Below, piece after piece: positions 31,535 through 40,424 of a DNA stretch of 64,000 bases; position 1 is the stretch's first letter; every line of letters starts with the position of its first letter. Below the pieces are notes generated by a model. It saw nothing but the letters and a program-made list of their open reading frames with translations. It was not told where the DNA came from and made no database searches. A program made the translations under genes and the position numbers. Source of the DNA: Bacteroidales bacterium (GTDB lineage Bacteria; Bacteroidota; Bacteroidia; Bacteroidales; UBA932); NCBI GenBank assembly GCA_017458265.1, contig JAFTFV010000023.1, forward strand, positions 27,916 to 91,915. The letters run 5' to 3'.

Positions 31535-32278
31535 ATGAGTATTAAGAAGATCCTTATATCACAGACCGCACCGCGCGTTCTCACTCAATACCAGGCAGTA
31601 AGCGACAAGTTTGGTGTAGAGTTCAGTTTCAATCCCTTCTTCAGAGTTGAGCCGCTTACCTCCCGCGAGTTCCGTGCCCAGCATATAAACATCCTGGATT
31701 ATACGGCAATCGTGTTTTCCTCCCGTCATGTCATTGACGCTTTCTTCTCCCTTGCCGAGGAACTCCGCTGCAAGATTCCGGAGACCATGAAGTATTTCTG
31801 CACCACAGAGGCTGTTGCCATGTACCTGCAGAAGCACATCGTCTACCGCAAGCGCAAGATTTTCTTCGGAACCGGCACTCCGGAGAGCGTCGTGAGCCTC
31901 ATCGGCCCCAAGCACAAGGGCGAGAAGTTCCTCATAACCATGTCGGATTCTTCCTCATCGGCACCTATCACCACCCTGTTCCAGGCGTCCAAGCTGGACT
32001 TCGCCACAGGCGTGTTCGTGAAGTCCGTGAGCCAGGATCTCCATGACCTGGACCTTCACGCATACGACATGATAGTCTTCTATAACCCTGCAGACGTGAA
32101 GTCCCTCCAGGAGAATTTCCCGGATTTCAAGCAGGGAGACATCAAGATGGTTTCCTACGGGAAATCCATCGTGAAGGCCATGGAAGAGGCCGGTCTTGAA
32201 ATCACCGTCAAGGCCCCTACTCCCGAGGCTACTTCGGTTGCAAAGGCAATCGAACTGTATCTGGAAAGCCTTTCGTAA
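31535..32278 (+). CDS. hemD: Uroporphyrinogen-III synthase family protein
   Basis: IKKILISQ, YTAIVFSSRHVID, YLQKHIVYRKRKIFFG; Bacteroidetes HemD-like. Confidence 0.85.
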   Translation: MSIKKILISQTAPRVLTQYQAVSDKFGVEFSFNPFFRVEPLTSREFRAQHINILDYTAIVFSSRHVIDAFFSLAEELRCKIPETMKYFCTTEAVAMYLQKHIVYRKRKIFFGTGTPESVVSLIGPKHKGEKFLITMSDSSSSAPITTLFQASKLDFATGVFVKSVSQDLHDLDLHAYDMIVFYNPADVKSLQENFPDFKQGDIKMVSYGKSIVKAMEEAGLEITVKAPTPEATSVAKAIELYLESLS

Positions 32279-32628
32279 TGGACGCCACCCTTCCCAAGAC
32301 CGAACGCCTCTCAGGCACCAAAGCAGTGTCTGAGCTCTTCGGACGCGGGAAATCGGGTGTGTGCGGCTGTCTCAGGTACAAGTATTTGCGCCGTGCCGAT
32401 GACGCCCCCTCCCGCATCGTGGTTTCCGTCCCGAAGCGCAGCTTCAAGCGCGCAGTAAAACGCAATCTGCTCAAGCGCCGAATCCGCGAAGCCTACCGCC
32501 GCCAGAAGGACATTCTGGGGCCCGGTTTTGACGTGGTGTTCATCTACATTCTGCCTTCGCTTGCCACCTACGATGAGGTTTTTGCCGATATGACCTCTGT
32601 TCTCAAGGAACTGTCCGGAAATGAGTAA
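32278..32628 (+). CDS. rnpA: Ribonuclease P protein component
   Basis: LPKTERL and [26 protein letters not shown] (RNR motif). Confidence 0.95.
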   Translation: MDATLPKTERLSGTKAVSELFGRGKSGVCGCLRYKYLRRADDAPSRIVVSVPKRSFKRAVKRNLLKRRIREAYRRQKDILGPGFDVVFIYILPSLATYDEVFADMTSVLKELSGNE

Positions 32629-32863
32629 GGCAGGCGACATAGTGAAAAAGGTATTTGCCTTTCCGCTTATACTGCTGGTGAAGTTTTACCAGCTGTGCAT
32701 CAGTCCGTTCACGCCGCCGGCGTGCCGTTTCACGCCCACATGCTCCCAGTATGCCCTCGAGGCCCTTCGCAAGTACGGCCCCTTGAAGGGCGGTTGGCTC
32801 GCCCTCAAACGTATTCTCCGCTGCCACCCCTGGGGCGGAAGCGGCTATGACCCAGTGCCATAA
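32621..32863 (+). CDS. yidD: Membrane protein insertion efficiency factor
   Basis: [11 protein letters not shown] and [17 protein letters not shown]. Confidence 0.95.
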   Translation: MSKAGDIVKKVFAFPLILLVKFYQLCISPFTPPACRFTPTCSQYALEALRKYGPLKGGWLALKRILRCHPWGGSGYDPVP

Positions 32864-33591
32864 TGCCAAAGAAAGAAAACATACAGCAGATGTTCGACGG
32901 GATTGCCCCGTCGTATGACCGTTTGAACCATATCATGTCGCTTGGCGTGGACAAACTGTGGCGTAAGCGTGCGGTGAAGGAGATTATCGGCACTGATGAC
33001 GGCGTAGGGGACAGGAGGCGCCATGCATTGAAGGTGCTGGACATCGCGTGCGGCACCGGGGACTCAACCATCGCCATTGCAAAGGCTGGCGGTGCGCAGA
33101 CGAAGGTTATCGGCGCGGATATATCTTCCGGGATGATGGATTTCGTGATGGAGAAGGCCGCACGGGCAGGGGTTACGGACCGTATCAAGCTCATGGTAGC
33201 AGACGGCACGGCGCTTCCTTTCGAAGACGGCAGTTTCGACGTTGTGACCTGCTCCTTCGGCATAAGGAATTTCGAGGACAAGGCTGCGGGACTAAGGGAA
33301 TTCTTCCGCGTCCTGAAACCCGGCGGCAAGCTGGTCATCCTGGAACTGTCCGTTCCGTCAAGGCCCTGGCTCAGAAAGCTTTACGATATCTATTTCATGC
33401 ACGTAATGCCTTTGATAGGCGGTATGATTTCCGGCAACAGGGCTGCGTACAAGTATCTGCCCGCATCGGTCCACGCCTTCCCCGCCGCAGACGTGTTCAC
33501 GTCCATGATTTCCCGTTCCGGTTTCTCCGCCGCCCGCTTCAAGGCCCTCACCCTGGGCCTCTGCACCATGTACGTCGCCGTCCGCCCGTAG
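32863..33591 (+). CDS. ubiE: Demethylmenaquinone methyltransferase
   Basis: MFDGIAPSYDRLNHIMSLG, VLDIACGTGD, FGIRNF, RVLKPGG. Confidence 0.93.
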   Translation: MPKKENIQQMFDGIAPSYDRLNHIMSLGVDKLWRKRAVKEIIGTDDGVGDRRRHALKVLDIACGTGDSTIAIAKAGGAQTKVIGADISSGMMDFVMEKAARAGVTDRIKLMVADGTALPFEDGSFDVVTCSFGIRNFEDKAAGLREFFRVLKPGGKLVILELSVPSRPWLRKLYDIYFMHVMPLIGGMISGNRAAYKYLPASVHAFPAADVFTSMISRSGFSAARFKALTLGLCTMYVAVRP

Positions 33592-33592
33592 C

Positions 33593-33699
33593 TTTCGACG
33601 TCCGCAGCATCATTTTGTGCCGTTTTTGTCACCGCGCGCGTCGCCTTTGACGTCCAGGGTGACAAAAAGGCCGTATTTTGTTGCTGCAGATGTCGGAAA
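33593..33699. repeat. Inverted doublet of 46-bp units, 52-bp offset (REPIN-like)
   Basis: GACGTCCGCAGCA...TTTTTGTCACC...CGTC at 33597 and GACGTCCAGGGTGACAAAAAGGCCGTATTTTGTTGCTGCAGATGTC at 33649 are imperfect reverse complements. Confidence 0.7.
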
Positions 33700-33729
33700 A
33701 TTGATTAATAATCTTACCTTTGTCAAGTT

Positions 33730-34395
33730 ATGAAGAAACTGGTTTGCATATTTGCCGCGGTGGCGGTGCTGGTTTCCTGCGGGACGTCAAGGTATGTGTC
33801 CGGAGTGCCGGCGGGTTCTGCGGCACCGGCGGCGCTCATTGAGCCGCTGTCATACCTTACCTATATTCAGAGTACCGGAGAAGAATCATTTGATCCCGAA
33901 GGCTCGGAAAAGGCGCAGAAACTTCTTGCCGATGCCGTATCCGGAGCCTATCCAGGGCTAGGCGGTGTCCTTCCGGTAACGGATTCCGACAATCCAGACG
34001 GGCTCCTCAATTGCATAGAGACCCTTGCGCAAATCAACAATCCAAAAGGCCTTGAGCAGTCGGCGGTACCGGAGCCGGTAAGAAACCTCCTTCTTGCTAA
34101 CGGCTACAGATATGGCCTTCTGGTATACTCTACCGGGTTTACGCGGGACATGAAGAATTACGTCAGGGCCGTGGCGGGAAATGCCGTCCTTGCAATAGTC
34201 ACGGCGGTGCTCACGCTTGGCATGGTTTCAGTTTACGGCATCGCCATACCGTACAGTTCCAAAGTTTGTCTAATGGTTGTGGACGCGCAGGAGAACCGTA
34301 TCCTGTATTATGACAGTACCGCAGGTGAGCAGAATCCCATCGACGCCAAACACGTCAACAGACAGGTGGAGAAGCTGTTGAAAAATTTCAAATAA
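33730..34395 (+). CDS. Hypothetical lipoprotein
   Basis: Lipobox VLVS-C after a short signal peptide. Confidence 0.75.
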   Translation: MKKLVCIFAAVAVLVSCGTSRYVSGVPAGSAAPAALIEPLSYLTYIQSTGEESFDPEGSEKAQKLLADAVSGAYPGLGGVLPVTDSDNPDGLLNCIETLAQINNPKGLEQSAVPEPVRNLLLANGYRYGLLVYSTGFTRDMKNYVRAVAGNAVLAIVTAVLTLGMVSVYGIAIPYSSKVCLMVVDAQENRILYYDSTAGEQNPIDAKHVNRQVEKLLKNFK

Positions 34396-34457
34396 TTATG
34401 ACATGCCAATCTCACCCTGGGTCTGAGGCTGAATCTGTAATGTCAGAGCTCCACTTG

Positions 34458-35108
34458 TCACTTGATGTGGGTGATGGAGGCGGAACTCCTTAATCCTCTG
34501 AGCTCCATGAGGACTCTGTCTATCTGCTTGGAGTCCTTGAATACAGTCATGAGAAGATAACCGTATGCGCCCCAGCTCTTTGTGTTCTCGATGATCTTGT
34601 AATCGACAGGGACTTCGGCATTGGAGAACGAACAGGTATATCCGTCTTCTTCCTTTCTGGTGCCGCGGAATTCAACCGACCAGTTCATGTGGCTGCCGAT
34701 TTCAGAATCGGCAAGGGTGGCGGTGATTTCAAAAGCGGTGGGGAAGGAGGCACCTTCCACGCTGAAATCGCCGTTGTAGTTTATTTTCCAGGCGTTTTTG
34801 CCTGTGACTTTCTTTATGGTGGTGCCAAGCAGCGAGCCTTCCCGGTTCACGGTCCAGACGGCATCGTCGGCAGTCAGGGGTAAGCCGTTGTTGGTATAGA
34901 AGTACTTGCCTATAACGCCGTCAGGATCTGTCTGGAGGGCGGTTTCCAGCTCTGAAAGCACTACGGAGACTCCATCATCGGCAATTGACAGCATATAGAG
35001 TTCCAGGGGGGTGGAACTTTCGTAAGTTGACGGGCCGAATGTGTCTTCGAACTTGTCGCACGATACCATGGCTGCAACGGCAGCAATCAATATGATTATC
35101 CTTTTCAT
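34458..35108 (-). CDS. Hypothetical lipoprotein
   Basis: MKRIIILIAAVAAMVS-C lipobox. Confidence 0.75.
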   Translation of the reverse strand: MKRIIILIAAVAAMVSCDKFEDTFGPSTYESSTPLELYMLSIADDGVSVVLSELETALQTDPDGVIGKYFYTNNGLPLTADDAVWTVNREGSLLGTTIKKVTGKNAWKINYNGDFSVEGASFPTAFEITATLADSEIGSHMNWSVEFRGTRKEEDGYTCSFSNAEVPVDYKIIENTKSWGAYGYLLMTVFKDSKQIDRVLMELRGLRSSASITHIK

Positions 35109-35110
35109 GA

Positions 35111-35710
35111 CTAAAACTCGTAACTGATTCCAAACCTTGCCATATAGGCTGTTCCAAGACCCATTTCAAAGATAAAATGAAGGTCCTTCTTTCCAAAGCA
35201 CAGGCCGAAGGGGACGACCTCCCAGGCGAATTGCTTCTGCTCCTCGTCTCCCCAGTTGGTTATGAACTCCATGCCCGCCGCAATGCGGCCATAGGCTTCG
35301 GCCTTGTAGCCGTCCTTGTAGCGGATTCTTGCCATGGGCATGACGGTAAAGTGGCTTACGCCCTGGGAGTAAAGATTGTTTGCATCTTCCTTATAGGCCA
35401 ATCCTTTCCGGATGGTCACCTCCTCGATAGAAGCCGTTGCGTCGATGCCAAGCTTGAGCCAGGACTTTACCTCGTACGAATACACCAGGCCCATGCCGAT
35501 GAAGCTGTCGCGATATTTCACGTCTTCATAAAGGTCCTTCAAAGTATTACCGCTGCTGTAATAATAATCATACTTTGCATAACTTGAACCCTCATTGAAG
35601 AAGATGCCGCTTACGGGACCGCCCATGAGAACTTCTATCTCATGCCGCCCCTGGGCGTTCATTGACAGCACTGCCGAAAGTGCCACCAGTATAGTAATTA
35701 TCCGTTTCAT
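35111..35710 (-). CDS. Outer membrane beta-barrel protein
   Basis: Start taken as MKRIITIL at 35710; signal peptide; C-terminal ARFGISYEF. The longer ORF call reads through the repeat. Confidence 0.78.
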   Translation of the reverse strand: MKRIITILVALSAVLSMNAQGRHEIEVLMGGPVSGIFFNEGSSYAKYDYYYSSGNTLKDLYEDVKYRDSFIGMGLVYSYEVKSWLKLGIDATASIEEVTIRKGLAYKEDANNLYSQGVSHFTVMPMARIRYKDGYKAEAYGRIAAGMEFITNWGDEEQKQFAWEVVPFGLCFGKKDLHFIFEMGLGTAYMARFGISYEF

Positions 35711-35778
35711 ACTGTTATAATGCAAAAATCCGGAAACCTTGCACCGGTGATGCACAAATTTAAGAATAAAAAAGGCAT

Positions 35779-35864
35779 GCCGTCCTTGAAAACGGGCAAT
35801 TTTAAGGACGAGGCCCCCTCTGAACGGCATGTCGTCCTTAAAAAAGGCCGATTTTGAGGACGGG
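35779..35864 (-). repeat. REP-like array C, 2 units, period 52, opposite strand
   Basis: Reverse complement CCCGTCCTCAAAATCGGCCTTTTTTAAGGACGAC...CTCGTCCTTAAAATTGCCCGTTTTCAAGGACGGC matches arrays A and B. Confidence 0.88.
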
Positions 35865-35904
35865 CGTCCCGGATTATGGGAAAGTTTGCGTATATTTGCA
35901 AACT

Positions 35905-38900
35905 ATGGACAAAAAGACATTCAACAGATGTAATTGGATAGTCGCCGTTGTGGTGTTTGCAATTTCTGCGGCGACGTATCTTTCTACTATAGAGCCCACG
36001 GCCAGTTTCTGGGACTGCGGCGAGTTCATTGCGTCATCCTACAAGCTTGAGGTGGGACATCCCCCGGGAAACCCGGTGTTCCAGCTTATCGCGAGGTTCT
36101 TCACCATGCCCTTCGGTGCCGATAAGGCCGCCGTTGCGGTGAATGCCATGAACGGAATCCTGAGCGCACTCACCATTTTCTTCCTGTACCTTACCATTGT
36201 GTTCTTTGCGAAGAGGGTGGTGGGAAGAGATTTCTCGACTTCGCTCGAAATGACAAAGGGGACGCTCGAAATGACAAAAGGGCAGGCGATTGCGATAATG
36301 GCCTCGGGCGCTGTGGGAGCGCTGGCATATACGTTCTCGGATACGTTCTGGTTCAGCGCGGTTGAGGGAGAGGTGTATGCGATGTCGTCGCTGTTTACGG
36401 CGCTGGTGTTCTGGGCGATGTGCCGATGGTATGAGACGGCGGACCAGCCCCATGCCAACCGCTGGATAGTCCTCATCGCGTTCCTGATGGGCCTTTCCAT
36501 CGGCGTTCACCTTCTGAACCTCCTTACCATCCCGGCCTTCGTGTTCATGTACTACTACAGGATGAACGAAGACAGGAAGCTGCCTTTCAAGAAGCTCCTG
36601 GGCATTTTCCTCATCGGCGTGGTGATAGAGTTCCTGCTGGTGTACATCTTCATACCGTACCTTCCCAAACTGGCTGCGTTCTTCGACCGCATATTCGTGA
36701 ACGGATTCGGCCTGCCGTATAATTCCGGTGCCGTTTTCTTCATGGTGGCTCTGCTCGGCCTTTGCTTCTGGGCGCTGTTTGCAACGCTCAAGAAAGGCAA
36801 GGTGTTCTGGAACACGGTTACGCTTTGCGTCACAACACTGGTGATGGGCTTCTCGCTCTTTGCCATAGTTATCATCCGCTCCAGCGTGAAAACGCCCACC
36901 AACGAGTACCAGCCCGATAATCCCTACACCCTGGTGCGGTACCTCAGCCGTGAGCAGTACGGCTCCACGCCGCTTCTCTACGGCCAGTATTACGACGCTC
37001 CCTATGACCTCAAGGTTACCAAATACTGGGCCCCGCTTGACGGCAAGTACGTGAAGGCCGACGGCCCCGCCGATGCAGACTATCGGCCCGAAGGAAAGAT
37101 GCTCTTCCCCAGGATGTGGTCATCGGCAGACCCCCGCTACGTGAACTTCTATGAGCAGTATACCGGCGGCAAGGGTACGAAAGTGAGGGGCGCGAAGCAC
37201 CGCAAGCCGTCTTTCGGCGCAAACCTCGCGTTCTTCTTTGACTATCAGCTGAACTGGATGTACTGGCGATATTTCATGTGGAACTTCGTAGGAAGGCAGA
37301 ACGAGATCCACAGCCCCACGCCCGGAGAACTTTTCTACGGCAACTGGGAGAGCGGCATAGGGTTTATCGACCAGCTGCGCCTTGGAGACCAGAGCAATGC
37401 TCCGGAGCCGCTCAGGAACAACAAGGGCAAGAACCACTACTATTTCCTGCCGCTGCTGCTTGGGCTTATCGGCCTTGTGTATCAGTTTGACAGGGACAAG
37501 AGGGGCAGCTGGCTGGTGTTCCTGATGTTCTTCATGACGGGCATCGCCATCGTGCTGTACCTTAACCAGCCGCCTTACCAGGTAAGGGAGAGGGACTATG
37601 CCTATGCCGGGTCGTTCTATATGTATGCCATATGGATCGGCCTTGGAGTTGCCGCGCTGTACGAGTGGATAAAGGACCTTGTCAAGGCTCCCAAGGCCGA
37701 AAAGGCCGTGGCCATTGGCGTTGGTGTGCTGTGCCTTGGCGTCCCCGCCCTCATGGCCGAAGAGAACTGGGACGACCATGACCGCAGCGGCCGATACACC
37801 GCCGTGGAAATGGCAAAGAACTACCTGAATTCTGTAGGGAAGAACGGCATCCTCATCACCCATGGAGACAACGATACCTTCCCGCTGTGGTATGCACAGG
37901 AGGTTGAGGGCGTGAGGACCGATGTCCGCATCGTGAATACCTCCCTGCTCGGAACAGACTGGCATATCGACCAGATGAAATGGGCCGTGAACGAGAGCGC
38001 TCCGCTGCCTCTCACCGTGTCCCAGCGCCAGTACCTCTACGGCAACAACGAGTACGTATATATAACGTATGACGACGGTTCGCCCATGTACATCAAGGAT
38101 GTGATGGACGTGTTCAAGGACCCCAAGATGAAGGTTCCGCTGGAGAACGGCATGAAACTGGACTTCATCTGCGCCCGCAACATAGTCATCCCCGTGAACA
38201 AGGAGAACTGCCTGAAGTACGGCATCGTCCCTGAGAAGTTTGCCGATGAGATCCCCTCCGAGATAATGCTCACCATGTCCAAGGACAAGAACTATCTCAC
38301 CAAGCCGGAACTCTTCCTTCTGGACCTCCTTTCCAACTACCAGTGGGACAGGCCGATCAACGTCCTGAACCAGGGCGGGGACCTCAATATCGGCATAAAG
38401 GACTACCTTATGTATGAGGGCTACTCCTGCAAGATCACTCCCATCAAGAACAAGGTGGGAACCACCGATGCGGGAAAGGTTGACGCACTTGAGCTTTACC
38501 GGAAGATGAACGAGGATTACAGCTGGAAGGCCATGTCCTCCAAGGGCTGGTTCGTGGATTATCAGAACATGTACACATTCCTTGGCGTAATGAGCCAGAG
38601 GCAGCTCTTCCTCACGACGGCCAATGCCCTTATAGACGCCGGAGAACCTGAGAAGGCCCTTGAGATGCTGGACAAGCTCCAGGTTTGTTTCCCGGAGGAG
38701 AATTTCCCTCTGGAAACCATCAGCGTGGGATTCTCGGGCAATGACTACATGGTTGCACAGCTCATCGAGAACTACTACTACCTGGCCGCTTCAGGACTTC
38801 TGGCCGATGAGGCTTCCGCCGCCGCAAAGGCTTCTGCCACCTCGCTGGCAGAACGCTTCGGCGGCCAGCTCCTTGACTGCGCCGGTTTCTACCTGCAGTG

Positions 38901-39054
38901 GGGCAACTACGGCAGCGGCGAATTCGAAACCGCCGGCCGCGTCCTCCTCTACCTTGCCGATGTGTGCAAGCAGTACGGCGACGAGGCTCTCTCCAAGACC
39001 CTGGAGGACCAGTTCACCGAAATGCTGGAAGTGGCCAAGGCAAGCGCTCAGTAA
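35905..39054 (+). CDS. DUF2723-domain integral membrane glycosyltransferase (GT-C-like)
   Basis: EPTASFWDCGEFIA, EVGHPPG, FWFSAVEGEVYA, RERDYAYAGSF, HGDNDTFPLWY. Start MDKKTF at 35905, after a TATATTTG promoter element at 35891. Confidence 0.85.
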   Translation: MDKKTFNRCNWIVAVVVFAISAATYLSTIEPTASFWDCGEFIASSYKLEVGHPPGNPVFQLIARFFTMPFGADKAAVAVNAMNGILSALTIFFLYLTIVFFAKRVVGRDFSTSLEMTKGTLEMTKGQAIAIMASGAVGALAYTFSDTFWFSAVEGEVYAMSSLFTALVFWAMCRWYETADQPHANRWIVLIAFLMGLSIGVHLLNLLTIPAFVFMYYYRMNEDRKLPFKKLLGIFLIGVVIEFLLVYIFIPYLPKLAAFFDRIFVNGFGLPYNSGAVFFMVALLGLCFWALFATLKKGKVFWNTVTLCVTTLVMGFSLFAIVIIRSSVKTPTNEYQPDNPYTLVRYLSREQYGSTPLLYGQYYDAPYDLKVTKYWAPLDGKYVKADGPADADYRPEGKMLFPRMWSSADPRYVNFYEQYTGGKGTKVRGAKHRKPSFGANLAFFFDYQLNWMYWRYFMWNFVGRQNEIHSPTPGELFYGNWESGIGFIDQLRLGDQSNAPEPLRNNKGKNHYYFLPLLLGLIGLVYQFDRDKRGSWLVFLMFFMTGIAIVLYLNQPPYQVRERDYAYAGSFYMYAIWIGLGVAALYEWIKDLVKAPKAEKAVAIGVGVLCLGVPALMAEENWDDHDRSGRYTAVEMAKNYLNSVGKNGILITHGDNDTFPLWYAQEVEGVRTDVRIVNTSLLGTDWHIDQMKWAVNESAPLPLTVSQRQYLYGNNEYVYITYDDGSPMYIKDVMDVFKDPKMKVPLENGMKLDFICARNIVIPVNKENCLKYGIVPEKFADEIPSEIMLTMSKDKNYLTKPELFLLDLLSNYQWDRPINVLNQGGDLNIGIKDYLMYEGYSCKITPIKNKVGTTDAGKVDALELYRKMNEDYSWKAMSSKGWFVDYQNMYTFLGVMSQRQLFLTTANALIDAGEPEKALEMLDKLQVCFPEENFPLETISVGFSGNDYMVAQLIENYYYLAASGLLADEASAAAKASATSLAERFGGQLLDCAGFYLQWGNYGSGEFETAGRVLLYLADVCKQYGDEALSKTLEDQFTEMLEVAKASAQ
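36227..36276 (-). repeat. TGTC-tagged repeat, copy 5, plus one 21-nt half-unit, in frame in the DUF2723 gene
   Basis: GAGATTTCTCGACTTCGCTCGAAATGACA + AAGGGGACGCTCGAAATGACA; peptide RDFSTSLEMT-KGTLEMT. Confidence 0.9.
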
Positions 39055-39104
39055 AGTACCACGTGGGCGGCCTCTGCGCGGCCTTGTCGACGATTCTTAT
39101 TGAA

Positions 39105-39134
39105 GTCTGCAAAAAAATGTGTAATTTTGCAGAC
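39105..39134. promoter_or_regulatory. pgk promoter (-7 TAATTTTG) overlapped by a perfect 10-bp inverted repeat
   Basis: GTCTGCAAAA-N10-TTTTGCAGAC; TAATTTTG at 39122-39129. Confidence 0.5.
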
Positions 39135-39161
39135 CTTTAGGCAACAATTACACACAATATT

Positions 39162-40415
39162 ATGCAACAATTCATTGACAAGTACGACTTCACGGGCAAG
39201 AAGGCCATCGTGAGAGTCGATTTCAACGTCCCCCTGAACGAAAACTTCGAGATTACCGACGACACCCGCATCGTCAGGGCAATGCCCACCCTCAAGAAGG
39301 TGCTTGCAGGCGGCGGCTCCGTCATCATCATGAGCCACCTTGGCCGTCCCAAGAAGGTAGACCCCAAGTTCTCCCTCAAGCACATCGTAAATCACGTGAG
39401 CGAGTGCCTCGGCGTTCCCGTACAGTTCGCAGAGGACTGCCAGAAGGCCGATGAGCAGGCAGCAGCCCTGAAGCCCGGCGAGGCTCTCCTCCTTGAGAAC
39501 CTCCGTTACTACGCAGAGGAAGAAGGCAAGCCCCGCGGACTCGCAGAGGATGCCTCCGACGAAGAGAAGAAGGCAGCAAAGGCAGCCGTCAAGGCCTCCC
39601 AGAAGGAGTTCGTAAAGAAGCTCGCCTCCTATGCCGACTGCTACATCAACGACGCATTCGGCACCGCACACCGCGCACACGCCTCCACCGCCCTCATTGC
39701 CGATTACTTCCCTAATGACAAGATGTTCGGCTACCTGATGGAAGGCGAAATCAAGGCTATCGACAACGTTCTCAAGAACGCACAGCGCCCCCTCACCGCC
39801 ATCATCGGCGGCTCCAAGGTGAGCTCCAAGCTTGCTGTTCTGAAGAACCTCGTGGACAAGGTTGACAACCTCATCATCGGCGGCGGAATGGGCTACACCT
39901 TCATCAAGGCCCAGGGCGGCAAGATCGGCCTCTCCCTCCACGAGGACGAACTCATCCCCGATGCACTCGAAATCCTCGCAACCGCAAAGGAGAAGGGCGT
40001 GAACGTTTATCTCTCCATCCAGACCGTCGCAGGCCAGGCCTTCGAAAATGACACGCCCCAGCGCATCTTCGACACCAACAACATCGCCGAAGGCTGGGAA
40101 GGCATGGATGCAGCCCCCAAGACCCTCGAAGCCTGGAAGAAGGTCATCCTCTCCTCCAAGACCATCCTCTGGAACGGCCCCGTGGGCGTTTTCGAACTCC
40201 CCAACTTCGCAAAGGGAACCCTCCAGATTGCAGAGGACCTCGCCGAGGCCACAAAGAACGGTGCATACACCCTCGTAGGCGGCGGCGACTCCGTAGCAGC
40301 CGTCACCCAGATGGGTTATGCCGACAAGGTCTCCTACGTCTCCACCGGCGGCGGCGCCATGCTCGAAGCCATCGAAGGCAAGGAGCTCCCCGGCGTGGCA
40401 GCTATCCGCGGATAA
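39162..40415 (+). CDS. pgk: Phosphoglycerate kinase
   Basis: [41 protein letters not shown]. Confidence 0.98.
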   Translation: MQQFIDKYDFTGKKAIVRVDFNVPLNENFEITDDTRIVRAMPTLKKVLAGGGSVIIMSHLGRPKKVDPKFSLKHIVNHVSECLGVPVQFAEDCQKADEQAAALKPGEALLLENLRYYAEEEGKPRGLAEDASDEEKKAAKAAVKASQKEFVKKLASYADCYINDAFGTAHRAHASTALIADYFPNDKMFGYLMEGEIKAIDNVLKNAQRPLTAIIGGSKVSSKLAVLKNLVDKVDNLIIGGGMGYTFIKAQGGKIGLSLHEDELIPDALEILATAKEKGVNVYLSIQTVAGQAFENDTPQRIFDTNNIAEGWEGMDAAPKTLEAWKKVILSSKTILWNGPVGVFELPNFAKGTLQIAEDLAEATKNGAYTLVGGGDSVAAVTQMGYADKVSYVSTGGGAMLEAIEGKELPGVAAIRG

Positions 40416-40424
40416 AACCCTACG

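Noticed and set aside
32989-33030. Loop insertion GTDDGVGDRRRHA in UbiE as another repeat insertion
   Set aside because: No clear palindrome and no match to the repeat families seen elsewhere in the window
39520-39610. Charged insertion in PGK ([22 protein letters not shown])
   Set aside because: A known lineage-typical feature of Bacteroidales PGK, with no DNA-level repeat
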